Positions 36,895-50,234 of a stretch of DNA of 64,000 bases are shown here, one piece after another. This DNA comes from Octopus sinensis. Its lineage: Eukaryota. The stretch lies in contig NC_043013.1 of NCBI RefSeq assembly GCF_006345805.1, positions 5,394,001 to 5,458,000 of the forward strand, written 5' to 3'. Numbering within the stretch: the stretch's first letter is position 1; every line of letters starts with the position of its first letter. Under the pieces are notes generated by a model. The model had not been told where the DNA came from. It saw nothing but the letters and a program-made list of their open reading frames with translations, and did no database searches. Position numbers and translations under genes: made by a program.

Positions 36895-37284
36895 CAGCAG
36901 CAGCAGCAGTAGCAGCAGTAGTAGTAGTAGTAGATTCTAGCTAATAACAACATGGTGATCTGGTCGACAAATATTTATACTTTCTCTGACATTTCAAATT
37001 ATTTGAATTATTCTTAAGAAAAGGTCACCAGGAAAGGATTGCCATAAATAACCTGTAGTGACCTCTAGCTCTAAAACTGCGCACCATCCTCACTTTATAT
37101 AAATAATGTCTTCACTGTTTATAAAACCACTTTGTCACTGGATTTTTTCATTTAAATCCTTTTCAAACAGACACATGGTTCCGGGTTCATTCCGTCTGCA
37201 CGGCACCTTGGGCAAGTGTCTTCTATTATAACCTCAGACCGACCAAAGCCTAGTGAGTAGATATGATAGGCGGAAACTGAAAGG

Positions 37285-37319
<35 letters not shown>

Positions 37320-37334
<15 letters not shown>

Positions 37335-37834
37335 TGTAGTTGTGTGAGTGTTTGTCCCCTTCGATTTAGATTCCTAACTCCTCCCACATTTTGTGGTGCA
37401 GTTTAACCAAATTCGGGTATCTTATAGTCGTGATTAATATCGAGCCCGTCTGGCTATTAGCGCACGTCTACGATGAGTCTACGATTTTTAAAATAATTAA
37501 CATCATTTTTTATTCCATTTTAATGCATAATTTTTCGTGTGTCGATGGCGGCGGAGTTGGCGTCCACGCTCAAACACCTGCACCTGTGTTTGCTTCTCCC
37601 CCTTCTTCCCTCCCTCGTGAAGCTGTGGGGAAGGGAGTTTAAGGAAATCAACGTCGTAATGCGTTGTCAAGGAGACCAGCGTTCTTTTAGAACAACGACT
37701 TCATGGCTTGAAGACACCAAAACAGAAATGGCTAAGAAAGCCCGAATTGGCATCTATAAAGGAAGTAACTCTCTAAAAATGCTTATATAGTTATTTCCCT
37801 TACAAACCCGAGCAACGCCGGGCGATACTGCTAG
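37320..37834 (+). mobile_element. non-autonomous Helitron, longer variant
   Basis: Same termini as 4965-5341 (..CCCGAGCAACGCCGGGCGATACTGCTAG|T); 5' end merges into (TA)n. Confidence 0.85.
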
Positions 37835-37865
37835 TATATATATATATATATATATGTATATATGT

Positions 37866-38245
37866 GGAGGCGCAATGGCCCAGTGGTTAGGGCAGCGGAC
37901 TCGCGGTCATAGGATCGTGGTTTCGATTCCCAGACTGGGCGTTGTGAGTGTTTATTGAGCGAAAACACCTAAAAGCCCCACGAGGCTCCGGCAGGGGATG
38001 GTGGTGATCCCTGCTGTACTCTTTCACCACAACTTTCTCTCACTTTTACTTCCTGTTTCTGTTGTACCTGTATTTCAAGGGGCCGGCCTTGTCACTCTCT
38101 GTGTCACGCTGAATATCCCCGAGAACTACGTTAAGGGTGCACGTGTCTGTGGTGTGCTCAGTCACTTACACGTTAATTTCACGAGCAGGCTGTTCCGTTG
38201 ATTCGGATCAATCGGAACCCTCATCGTCGTAACCGACGGAGTGCT
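37866..38245 (+). mobile_element. tRNA-derived SINE family C (OR-type-like)
   Basis: Head GGAGGCGCAATGGCCCAGTGGTTAGGGC..GGTTTCGATTCCC; 3' half shared with 46853-47161; partial copy at 52096-52228. Confidence 0.8.
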
Positions 38246-38528
38246 TCCAATCAATATGCATATATGGGTACAGGACGTCAACAACTGTGTAAACAACATG
38301 AAAAACAGGACAAGTAAACACAGAGAAACAACCCTTCATCAGTTGTCAGCTGTCTATCTTCTCCTCATTTTGAGCATTCAACGACAAAATATATATCATC
38401 ATCATCATCATCATCGTTTAGCGTCCGCTTTCCACGCTAGCATGGGTTTGACAGTTCAACTGGGGTCTGGGAAGCCAGAAGGCTGCACCAGGCCCAGTCT
38501 GATCTGGCAATGTTTCTACGGCTGGATG

Positions 38529-38583
<55 letters not shown>

Positions 38584-38920
38584 TTATTTGTGTGTCTGTG
38601 TTTGTTCCCCTGCCATCGCTTGACAACCAATGCTGGTGTGTTTTTTTGTCCCCATAACTTTGCAACTTGGTAAAAGTGACCAATAGAATAAGTACTAGGC
38701 CTACAAACAATAAGTCCTGGGGTTGATTTCTTCAATTAAAAGGCAGTGCTCCAGCATGGCCACAGTCAAATTACTGAAACAAAAGAACAAAAAAATATGT
38801 TTTTTTTGGTTGGTAACACACAGGTCCCTTTAATGGTCATAGTTATAATTCAAAGCAGGATTAGAAATTCGAAATTGAAATTAAGGAATTAAAAGGGAAA
38901 AGATGCATGGAATTCATGTA

Positions 38921-39290
38921 CTCTCTTTTACTTGTTTTCAGTCATTTGACCGTGGCCATGCTGGAGCACTGCCTTTAGTCGAGCAAATCGACCCCAGGAC
39001 TTATTCTTTGTAAGCCCAGTACTTATTCTATCAGTCTCTTTTGCCGAACCGCTAAGTGACAGGGATGTAAACACACCAGCATCGGTTGTCAAGCAATGTT
39101 GGGGGGACAAACACAGACACACAAACACACACATACATATATATATATACATATATACGACAGGCTTCTTTCAGTTTCCGTCTACCAAATCCACTCACAA
39201 GGCATTGGTCGGCCTGAGGCTATAGTAGAAGACACTTGCCCAAGGTGCCACGCAGTGGGACTGAACCCAGAACCATGTGGTTGGTTAGCA
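38921..39290 (-). mobile_element. tRNA-derived SINE family A
   Basis: Family A consensus; tail-to-tail with the partial + copy at 38590-38790. Confidence 0.9.
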
Positions 39291-39532
39291 AATTCATTTA
39301 TTGTTTATTTGTTTACTTATTACGATGTTCTTGAAATTTTTAGTTATTGGCAATCATTTATAACCTATTTCACTCTTTTTAGAAATCACAAGCATGACAT
39401 AAGCTGTGACTTATTAATTAAACATTTGGTAAATTTTTACTATTACACCTGCCTCATGATATGGGTCTAAATAGTAAAAATTTACTACCACACCACCACG
39501 ACTACTAGTGCTATTATTACTACTACTAGTAG

Positions 39533-39563
<31 letters not shown>

Positions 39564-39684
39564 ACTACTACTACTACTACTACAACTACCACCACCACCA
39601 CTACTACTACTACTACTCATAATAATAATAATAATAATAATGATGATGATAATGATAATAATAATAATAATAATGATGATAATG

Positions 39685-39734
<50 letters not shown>

Positions 39735-40061
39735 TCTTTCATAGAAGGAAACAAACACTGAATTCCTTGCCTCTTTCCTTCTCCATGAGATAGTAGTGAT
39801 ATCTCTTTCAAAAGTCCACTGATGAGAAATTACACTTGTTTCAGGAGATGGATGTAATAATGAAATTTTACCCCCCCCCCTTTTTTTTAAAGCTTACATA
39901 AAAGATAAATTATGTAACAGATTTTTACTGTGCTTTGAACTTAAATCATATTGATTTCCATATGCAAAAAGCTGTATTTTGTCACATCAGCAAAAGTCTG
40001 ATCAATGGTTTTCTAGAAGTTTTTGGAATATGGTCAGAATAATTCATGGCTGTGATGACTT

Positions 40062-40465
40062 ACTCTTTTTTACTTGTTTCAGTCATTTGACTGCGGCCAT
40101 GCTGGAGCACCGCCTTTAGTCGAGCAAATCGACCCCGGAACTTATTCTTTGTAAGCCCAGTACTTATTCTATCGGTCTCTTTTGCCGAACCGCTAAGTGA
40201 CGGGGACGTAAACACACCAGCATCGGTTGTCAGGCAATGCTAGGGGGACAAACACAGACACACAAACATATACACATACATATATATATATATACATATA
40301 TACGACAGGCTTCTTTCAGTTTCCGTCTACCAAATCCACTCACAAGGCATTGGTCGGCCCGGGGCTATAGCAGAAGACACTTGCCCAAGATGCCACACTG
40401 TGGGACTGAACCCGGAACCATGTGGTTGGTTAGCAAGCTACTTACCACACAGCTACTCCTGTGCC
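40062..40465 (-). mobile_element. tRNA-derived SINE family A, young subfamily
   Basis: Diagnostic variants; near-identical to 43562 and 49074. Confidence 0.92.
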
Positions 40466-40749
40466 TACTTGAAGAAAAATTTAACTAATAATGTTTAACT
40501 GATATCAGGAAAGATTCTAAAAAGTCCGAAATTGTTGGTTAAAAATAAGTTATGCTTTGATTATGTTAATTTAGCTGATAAAAAGAGTGATGAACAACAA
40601 GCAGTGGAGTAGAATTAGACAAACACTGAGACAAGCTTGATTGGGTTATCAACAAGTGAACATGGAGCTGATACTGGGAAACCAAATGCTATTGGTACGT
40701 AAAGACAAAAGAAGCTGATAGGTAGAGCCATGAGTGATGAAGCACAACT

Positions 40750-40975
40750 ACTCTTTACTCTTTTTACTCTTTTACTTGTTTCAGTCATTTGACTGCGGCC
40801 ATACTGGAGCACCGCCTTTAGTCGAGCAACTCGACCCCGGGACTTATTCTTTTGTAAGCCCAGTACTTATTCTATCGGTCTCTTTTGCCGAACCGCTAAG
40901 TAACGGGGACATAAAAAACACCAGTATCAGTGTCAAGCAATGCTAGGGGGACAAACAGACACACACACATACACA

Positions 40976-41029
<54 letters not shown>

Positions 41030-41215
41030 TACGACGGGCTTCTTTCAGTTTCCGTCTACCAAATCCACTCACAAGGCTTTGGTCGGCCCGAGGCTATAGT
41101 AGAAGACACTTGCCCAAGTTGCCACGCAGTGGAACTGAACCCGGAACCATGTGGTTGGTAAACAAGCTACTTACCACACAACCACTCCTGCGCCTACACA
41201 GCCACTCCTGCGCCT
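40750..41215 (-). mobile_element. tRNA-derived SINE family A
   Basis: Full length with duplicated head. Confidence 0.9.
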
Positions 41216-41944
41216 ACAAACAAAATTCTTTCTCTGACTGATACTATGATCAAAAGGCCAACAGAACTTCAGCCATGTGAATAATTGTGGCTGGTTCTAT
41301 TTTGACCCCCTGATTGTCAGTAAAATACGAATGCCAACCCTAGCTAACCTTAGCTAACCACTTCAGTATATCAACACTCATCACCACTCAGAAAAATCCC
41401 TCCACAGGAGTGGACCCAAGGGAAGGGGCCTGAGGGGCACATGTCCCACCTCAAGAAAAGAGTGAGCCCTTCTAAATAATGTTATTACACCCTTTTCTCC
41501 TTGAATAGTATTCCCTTCTGACCTTGCGCCCTCCCTTTGAAAAATTCCTGGGACTGCACCTTCTCCATGATGTTCCATTTCTTTCTTATTTTGTTCTACT
41601 GGACCAATGTGTCTGGTTTTTCTTCCTAAAGTAACAATAAATATATTTTTTCGAATTTTGGCACAAGGCCAGCAATTTTAGAGGTTGGGGTGGAGTCAAG
41701 TCCATTACATCAACCCCACCACTTGGACATTACTGTCTCAAGTCCCAGGACTCATAGGGCTGGTTATCCAGTTTCCACGACATCTAAGTGACCAAAATCA
41801 TAACATTCCTCAAGTGAATGGGGTTACTCATTTTCAGCTGAGTGGACTGAAACAATGTGAAAGGAAGTGTTTTGCTCAAGAACATAACAACACACTGCTC
41901 AGTTCAGGATCCAAAGCCACAATCTTGCAATCAGGGGTGCATAC

Positions 41945-42178
41945 CTATTTCTTTACTACCCACAAGGGGCTAAACACAGAGAGGACAAACAAAGGTAGAC
42001 AAACGGATTAAGTCAATTATATCGACTCCAGTGCGTAACTGGTACTTAATTTATCGACCCCAAAAGGATGAATGGCAAAGTCGACCTCGGCGAAAATTTG
42101 AACTCAGAACATAACGGCAGACGAAATACAACTACACATTTTGCCCGGCGTCTTAACGTTTCTGCCAGCTCGCCGCCA
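41945..42178 (-). mobile_element. Nin-domain-like SINE family B, full length
   Basis: GGCGGCGAGCTGGCAGAAACGTT head to ..GTAAAGAAATA tail. Confidence 0.85.
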
Positions 42179-42526
42179 CACACCCTCAGTCCAGGCCTGA
42201 AAGGATGAAAGACAAAGTTGACTTCAGTATTGTTTGAACTCAGAACATAAAGCATCAGAAAAAATGCCACTAAGCATTTTGTCTGATCTGCGAATAGTTC
42301 TCAAAGCTCACCATCTTCTAAAGTATAAATAAATATATGCCAAAGAACTGACACCGACTCATATTCATTTCATCAGCTCTGGCTTATCAGTCTGATCATT
42401 ATAACTAAGATTCTTTTAAGAAGGTTTGTCTCTGTTTCCTTTGATGTCTGCAAGCAACTACTGTTGTTGTTGTAAACAAGACAATGAAGGCACATGGCTT
42501 AGGGGTTAGGGGTACTCGGCTCACAA

Positions 42527-42757
42527 GGCAGAGAGCTGGCAGAAACGTTAGCACGCCGGGTGAAATGCTTAGCAGTATTTTGTCTGCCGTTACGTTCTGA
42601 GTTCAAATTCCGCCGAGGTCGACTTTGCCTTTCATCCTTTCGGGGTCAATAAATTAAGTACCAGTTACGCACTGGGGTCGATGTAATCGACTTAATCCGT
42701 GTGTCTGTCCTTGTTTGTCCTCTCTGTGTTTAGCCCCTTGTGGGTAGTTAAGAAATA
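42527..42757 (+). mobile_element. Nin-domain-like SINE family B inserted in a CORE-like SINE head
   Basis: 16-bp TSD GGTA(C/T)TCGGCTCACAA at 42511-42526 and 42758-42773. Confidence 0.9.
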
Positions 42758-43049
42758 GGTATTCGGCTCACAATCATAAGGTTGTAAGTCTGATTCTTAG
42801 TGGTGTGTTGTATCCTTGAGCAAGATACTTTATTTCACCCTGCTTGTATCCTTGTATCCTTTATTTCACCTTGCTCCAGTCCACTTAGCTGGCAAAAGTG
42901 AGCAGTACCTGTATGTCAAAGGACCAGCCTTTGTTACATTCTGTGTCACACTGAATCTTTCTCAGAACTACGTCAAATGTCTGTGGAGCGCTCAGGCACT
43001 TGCACCTTCATTTTATGAGCACCAGACTAAATATTTCACTATTTAGTTT

Positions 43050-44130
43050 TCATCCTTCCAAGTTCCTCGTCCTTCTATTTTTCTATTTCATTAAGTTTAC
43101 TTCTCTATGTCTCTAAGTCCTTCCTTCCATTATCTAAGGTCATCCTTCCATATCTCCACTTTGCATTCTTCCTTTTATGTTTTTTTAAGTTTATGTTTTT
43201 ATATTTCCAAGTCTTCTATATTTTCTAAATACATCTTTCTATGTTTCCAAGTCCTTCCTTCCGTGTTTTCTAAGTACATTCTCCAAATCCTATCATCTAT
43301 ATTGTCTTAGTATATATCCTTCTATATTTCTAAATCCTTCCTTCTATTTCTCTAAGCACATCCTTCCATTTCTCAAAGTCCTTCTACATTTTCTGAGTTC
43401 ATCCTTCCATATTTGCAAGTCCTTCCTTCTAAGCTCATATCTCTCCCTCTTCTATATTTTCTAACTTTATCCTTCTATGTCTCCAAAGTCTCCTTCCATT
43501 TTCTAAGTACATCCTTCCACATTTCCAAAGCCTTCCTTCAATGTTTTCTGAATTTATCCTTAGGAGTGGCTGTGTGGTAAGTAGCTTGCTAACCAACCAC
43601 ATGGTTCCGGGTTCAGTCCCACTGCGTAGCATCTTGGGCAAGTGTCTTCTGCTATAGCCCCGGGCCGACCAATGCCTTGTGAGTGGATTTGGTAGACGGA
43701 AACTGAAAGAAGCCTGTCGTATATATATGTATATATATGTATGTGTGTGTGTCTGTGTTTGTCCCCCTAGCATTGCTTGACAACCGATGCTGGTGTGTTT
43801 ACGTCCCCGTCACTTAGCGGTTCGGCAAAAGAGACCGATAGAATAAGTACTGGGCTTACAAAGAATAAGTCCCGGGGTCGATTTGCTCGACTAAAGGCGG
43901 TGCTCCAGCATGGCCGCAGTCAAATGACTGAAACAAGTAAAAGAGTAAAAGAGTAAAGAGAGAGAGTTCCATTTCCTGAAGCCCTTCCTTCCTCATTTCT
44001 ACGTCCTTCCCTCTACGTATCGAAGTTCCTTACTTCTATATTCTTAACCTCAATGTTTTCTAAGTCCTTCCTTCATTCTATACTTCTTAGTCCATCCTTC
44101 GATATTTGTAAGTTTTTTCCTTCTCTAAAT
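43050..44130. repeat. degenerate ~22/44-bp pyrimidine-rich minisatellite split by a SINE
   Basis: Recurrent ATCCTTCCATATTTCCAAGTCCTTC / TTTTCTAAGTAC units on both sides of 43562-43967. Confidence 0.7.
43562..43967 (+). mobile_element. tRNA-derived SINE family A, young subfamily
   Basis: Diagnostic variants; CpGs retained. Confidence 0.92.
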
Positions 44131-45320
44131 CCAAATTCCACAAGTACCAACATTTCATTCACCATTCTTCATTCACCAATCAAAAAAAATCAGACTGGTA
44201 CCAGTTATCTATTGAGGACAATTCAATCATTTATAATACTCCTTCCACCTCAACAGAAGCATGGCCTGGCTTCACTCTAAAAACATCAATATTTACAATA
44301 CAGAAATATTTTTATTCTGTTGATAACCTTTGTACAGTTTAACAAGTGTTGTGCACTTGTGTGTGTTGTTTTAACCTTTGTACGGCTCTTCACTCAGATA
44401 AATCCATATCTATTATTGATTGTTTATTTATTTCACACACACAGATAGCAATTTCTATTCAAGTACATTGTTTCAGCTATTTCCGTTTTTTTTTTAATTA
44501 AATAAGCACAGAGCTGAGTGGTTGAAGAAGCTTACTTTGCAACCATGGGGTTTTGGGTTGGGTTCAATCTCAGTGCATAGCATCTTGGGCAAGTATCTTC
44601 TTTTATAGCCCCTGACCGATGCCTTGTGAATGAATCTGGTGCACAGAAACTGTGTTGAAGTCCATCATGTTTGTATGTGGCCTAGTGGTTAGGGTGTTGC
44701 ACTCACAATTGCTAGATCGTGGGTTCAATTTTTGGGCCAGGCAGTGTGTTGTATTCTTGAGCAAAACACTTCATTTCCTGTTGCTCCGTGGGTAGGAGAG
44801 TGACAGAATCATTGGCACATCAGCAGAAATGCTTTACAATATATCTTCCAGCTTTCTATGTTCTGGGTTCAAATCCCACCTGCCTGCAGAAGGCAACAGG
44901 AAACCATGCCGGTATTCATTCCAAGTCTAGACATGCCAGCCAAAGTTCCAGTAATCTACTTAATGGCAGCATGGGAGGACAAGGGCCCTCCTACGTTGTA
45001 TAGAGAGAGATGGAGAAGAAGGTTCACATGCCCAAGGGTAGACCAACACTAGACTATATATGTATATTTGTATCTTTGTATGTGTGTCTTTGTGGCTGTG
45101 TTTGTTCCCCACCAAGACACTAGACAACTGGTGTTGGTTTGTTTATGTTTCTGTAAGTTAACAGTTTGACAAAAGACACCAATAGAATAAGTACCAGATT
45201 TTAAAAATTTTATGAAGGTCGATCTGTTTGACTAAAACCCTTCAAGATAGTGCTCCAGCAGGGGCACGGTCCAATGACTAGAGCAATTAAAGATATAAAA
45301 GATAAAATTTGTGTATAAAT

Positions 45321-45491
45321 GGCGTAGGAGTGGCTGTGTGGTAAGCAGCTTGTTTACCAACCACATGGTTCCAGGTTCAGTCCCACTGCGTGGCACCTTG
45401 GGCAAGTGTCTTCTACTATAGCTTCGGGCCGACCAAAGTCTTGTGAGTGGATTTGGAAGACGGAAACTGAAAGAAGCCCGTCGTATATATG

Positions 45492-45532
<41 letters not shown>

Positions 45533-45745
45533 ATGTTGTGTGTCTGCGTTTGTCCCCCCAACATCGCTTGACAACTGATTTGGTGTATTTATGTCCCCGT
45601 AACTTAGTGGTTTGGCAAAAGAGAATGATAGAATAAGTACTAGGCTTACAAAGAATAAGTCCTGGGGTCAATTTGCTCGACTAAAGGTGGTGCTCCAGCA
45701 TGGTCACAGTCACATGACTGAAACAAGTAAAAAGTAAAAGTAAAG
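45321..45745 (+). mobile_element. tRNA-derived SINE family A
   Basis: Full family A consensus. Confidence 0.9.
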
Positions 45746-46390
45746 TATATCAAAATATTTTCTAGAAATATTTATTGTAGGCAGATAAGCATTGGTTTGT
45801 TGTTTGTACCTTTGTTTGGAAGTATTCGATGGCACATTGATCAGTTATATTTTTGTTTGAGATTTCAATTTATCATAAAAATTGAATGTTTTCATTTATC
45901 AGGCTCGGTACAGGTGAGGGTAGAGTTGGGGAAATAGGAGCAGATAAGGTGTGATGGGGTCTATGTTTGATGTGGCTCTCTCCTATTCCTATATATCATC
46001 CTCAGCAGCAGCAGCAGCAGCAGCATCACCATCATCATCATCTACATCATCTGCATCATCATCGTCATCGTCGTCGTCGTCATCATCATCATTATCATCA
46101 TCAACATTGCTATCATCATTTTGATGTCCACTTTCCACTTTACATTGATGTCCAATTTGCATTGTCCAAACAAAATTCATTGAGAAAAATTTGCTACAGC
46201 TGATGCCGTTTCTGTTTCTACCAATCCTCACCTGTTTTGCAATCAAGGTAATATTTCTCCATGGCCAGACATGTTTTCATGGAAGACTGGAAATGAATGA
46301 CACCACTTGTATGACAGTGACACCCATGTACAACTGTTGTGCCATGTCAAAATGTCAAAACAAGATCTAACACACCACACATATGCGTGC

Positions 46391-46435
<45 letters not shown>

Positions 46436-46852
46436 GAGAAACATGCATACACACACACGCAGAGAAACATGCATACACACACAAATGTATGCACACACAC
46501 ACACATATATATATACACATTAAGTTTCTTCAAGTTTCCATCAATCAGATCCAATTTCATGGCTTTGATCAGCCTAAGACTATAATTGAAAATATTTGCC
46601 AAAGGTACCATGCAGTGGTACTGAACCTGAAACTATATGGTTGGGAAGCAAACTTCTTAACCACACAGCCATTCCTGCACCTGTCCCATTCCAATTTATA
46701 ACTGGAAAAAAATAATTTTACTAATATTAACCAATCGTTAATGAGGAAAATAAAGCAAGTAATTAAATAATAATTTTTACTACTAAATATTATAAGAACT
46801 AATAATATCTATTATTGGATACCATTGAACTGACAACACTGGATCTAAAGAC

Positions 46853-47161
46853 CGCGGGTTACGACGACGAGGGTCCCAGCTGATACGATCAACGGAACAG
46901 CTTGCTCGTGAATTAACGTGCAAATGGCTGAGCATTCCACAGACACGTGTACCCTTACGTAGTTCCGGGGGAAAATCAGCGTGACACAGAGAGTGACAAG
47001 GCTGACCCTTTGAAATACAAGTACAAATCATTTTGCCAGCTGAGTGGACTGGAGCAACGTGAAATAAAGTGTCTTGCTCAAGGACACAACGCGTCGCGGG
47101 AATTGAACTCACAACCTTACGATCATGAGCCGAATGCCCTAACCACTAAGCACGCGCCCTC
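46853..47161 (-). mobile_element. tRNA-derived CORE-like SINE (OR-type-like)
   Basis: Head GAGGGCGCGTGCTTAGTGGTTAGGGC..GAGTTCAATTCCC; GTGTCCTTGAGCAAGACACTT core. Confidence 0.8.
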
Positions 47162-47369
47162 ACACAACATGGATAAGATTTTATGAAGACCATAAAAGAA
47201 ACAATGTGTAATTTTTTAATTAATTATTATAATCAGAAATCAGGACTTTCAAAATAGCATATTTGACAAATCCTGGAAGTACTGCAATAACAAAGGTGGA
47301 GCATGCCCCTAACTCTTTGGCTTGCTTGGAAACAGGTGAGGGTTGGTGATAACATGGAACAAGTACCTT

Positions 47370-47765
47370 TTTTACTTGTTTCAGTTATTTGACTGCAGCC
47401 ATGCTGGAGCACCACCTTTAGTCGAGCAAATCGACCCCAGGACTTATTCTTTGTAAGCCTAGTACTTATTCTATTGGCCTCTTTTGCCGAACTGCTAAGT
47501 TACAAGAATGCAAACACACCAGCATTGGTTGTCAAGCGATGTTGGGGGGACAAACACACACACACAACACACACACACACACAAACACAAACACACACAT
47601 ATATACGACAGGCTTCTCTCAGTTTCCGTCTACCAAATCCACTCACAAGGCTTTGGTGGGCCCGAGGCTATAGTAAAAGACACTTGCACAAGGTGCCACG
47701 CAGTGGGACTGAACCCAGGACCATCTGGTTGGTAAGCAAGCTACTTACCACACAGCCACTCCTGT
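47370..47765 (-). mobile_element. tRNA-derived SINE family A
   Basis: Family A consensus. Confidence 0.9.
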
Positions 47766-48228
47766 ACCAATGACTTTTATATGACATTAGCTTCAGTACT
47801 TTCCATGTGACACTAGCACCAGTGCCTCTTACATACATGGCACTATAACCAATGGTTTTTACATGGCACCATCAGCAGTGCTTTATATATGACACCAGCA
47901 CTGTCTATGTCCATTAAGTTTGTCAGCTCAATTAATTCATTTTTTCCCATTTCTTTTAATCTTTCCTATGGTTATTTGAATTAACATGCAGCATATTTTT
48001 ATCCTAATGTTTTGCATATTTTTTTTATGCAGCTCCATTCTTCTACAACTTTTGTTTGTCGTTTTTGAAATTTAAATAGAGTGCTAATTATGTAAAAAAA
48101 TAGCTAATGCAATTATCTGACAATGCAGTCATCACCCAAACTATTATATTTAATATATCTAATATATTTTAAATATTTAATGTGTCTAATTTGTTTATCT
48201 GCAAATTGCCTCTAAAAATATACATACA

Positions 48229-48275
<47 letters not shown>

Positions 48276-48358
48276 ATTTACATAATATTTACATAATATT
48301 TCCTCTATTTACATAATATTGAGGTCTCTTTCTTTCTTTTGTTATCTTACCGTTTTAT

Positions 48359-48396
<38 letters not shown>

Positions 48397-49073
48397 TGTA
48401 CATTTACACGCATAAGAGGTATCCTTCATAGGATTCCTTTCATGCTAGAAGGGACAGCTAAAGTCCAAAGGGATAAAAAAAATCTCGAAGGGAATGAAAA
48501 ATAAAAACATTTACCATCTATTTCCTGGACCATGGTTTCTAACTAGATATTATTAATTTATTATATATATATTTATATATATATGTGTCGGTGGCACGTA
48601 AAAAGCACCCACTACACTCACGGAGTGGTTGGCGTTAGGAAGGGCATCCAGCTGTAGAAACACTGCCAGATCTGACTGGCCTGGTGCAGTCTTCTGGCTT
48701 CCAAGACCCCAGTTGAACCGTCCAACCCATGCTAGCATGGAAAGCGGACGTTAAACGATAATGATGATGATGATATGTATAATTACACACACACACACAC
48801 GCGTGCATGCACGCACACATATATATAAATTAAACTGCATCTGGTAGTTGGACCCTGGTTTGAGAGTTCCAAGATTTTGAGGTCAGTGGAATCCCCTCTT
48901 CACCACTATTGTTACCAGATCTACTCTGACCTGGAGTATTTGCATCTCTCAGGGTCGCAGCTATGGGTTAAATAGCCATGTAACCAGCCAAGCCAGGGTA
49001 TGTTAAAATCATGGGATGCAGCATGATGGATGTGGACTATTTTGGCAGATGAACTTATTGAAACAAGAACATA

Positions 49074-49475
49074 GGTGCAGGAGTGGCTGTGTGGTAAGTA
49101 GTTTGCTAACCAACCGCATGGTTCCGGGTTCAGTCCCACTGCGTGGCATCTTGGGCAAGTGTCTTCTGCTATAGCCCCGGGCCGACCAATGCCTTGTGAG
49201 TGGATTTGGTAGACGGAAACTGAAAGAAGCCTGTCGTATATATATATATGTGTGTGTGTGTGTTTGTGTGTCTGTGTTTGTCCCCCTAGCATTGCTTGAC
49301 AACCGATGCTGGTGTGTTTACATCCCCGTCACTTAGCGGTTCGGCAAAAGAGACCGATAGAATAAGTACTGGGCTTACAAAGAATAAGTCCCGGGGTCGA
49401 TTTGCTCGACTAAAGGCGGTGCTCCAGCATGGCCACAGTCAAATGACTGATACAAGTAAAAGAGTTAAAGAGAGT
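49074..49475 (+). mobile_element. tRNA-derived SINE family A, young subfamily
   Basis: Diagnostic variants; AAGAACAT on both flanks (possible TSD). Confidence 0.92.
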
Positions 49476-49650
49476 AAGAACATCTATAATTGGTTGCTGG
49501 GTGGATGAACAAAGAACAAACTGTGATTGGCCAGGACCAACCAGGGTGGTTAGTCAACTACTGCTACCATCTGTAGTCATGCCAAGCTTCCCGACCAGGT
49601 AGTTTCAGGTTCAGTACCACTGCATGGTACCTTTGGCTGTGCAGAGATGA

Positions 49651-49753
49651 GGTTAGGGTTAGGGTTAGGGTTAGAGTTAGGGTTAGGGTTAGAGTTAGAG
49701 GGTTAGGGTTAGGGTTAGAGTTAGGGTTAGGGTTAGCGTTAGGGTTAGGGTTA
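49651..49753 (+). repeat. interstitial telomeric repeat (TTAGGG)n with TTAGAG/TTAGCG variants
   Basis: About 17 hexamer units visible. Confidence 0.9.
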
Positions 49754-49788
49754 AAACACAAGCCAGATATTTATGCAACATCACTTGT

Positions 49789-49826
<38 letters not shown>

Positions 49827-49895
49827 TCTGTATTTTACAGCTGGATGCCCTAAATAAAACCAGCCACCAAGGAAATATATATTATCATCATTTAA

Positions 49896-50110
49896 GGCGG
49901 CGAGCTGGCAGAAACGTTAGCACGCCGGGCGAAATGCATAGCCGTATTTTGTCTGCCATTAAGTTCTGAGTTCAAATTTACCTTTCATCCTTTCGGGGTC
50001 GATAAATTAAGTACCAGTTTCGCACTGGGGTCAATGTAATCTACTTAATCCGTTTGTCTGTCCTTGTTTGTCCCCTCTGTGTTTAGCCCCTTGTGGGTAG
50101 TAAAGAAATA
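49896..50110 (+). mobile_element. Nin-domain-like SINE family B
   Basis: Full head and tail; ATATATATTATCATCAT duplicated on both sides. Confidence 0.85.
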
Positions 50111-50196
50111 GATATATATTATCATCATCATTTGGTGGTTGGTTTTATTTAGGGCTCCCAGCTGTAAACTCCATGCCAAAACAGACACAGAAATCT

Positions 50197-50234
<38 letters not shown>

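Noticed and set aside
37866-37945. tRNA-like sequences at SINE heads (also 10211, 46853-47161, 52096)
   Set aside because: A/B boxes are present but there is no complete cloverleaf, and they continue into SINE bodies.
38325-38385. CTGATGA-containing Penelope-like remnant on the minus strand
   Set aside because: No downstream GAAA/stem II, and a type II topology does not give a paired stem I.
39815-39852. TCCA-CTGATGA-GAAA..TTTC-..TGGA
   Set aside because: GAAA core and stem III are absent after stem II.
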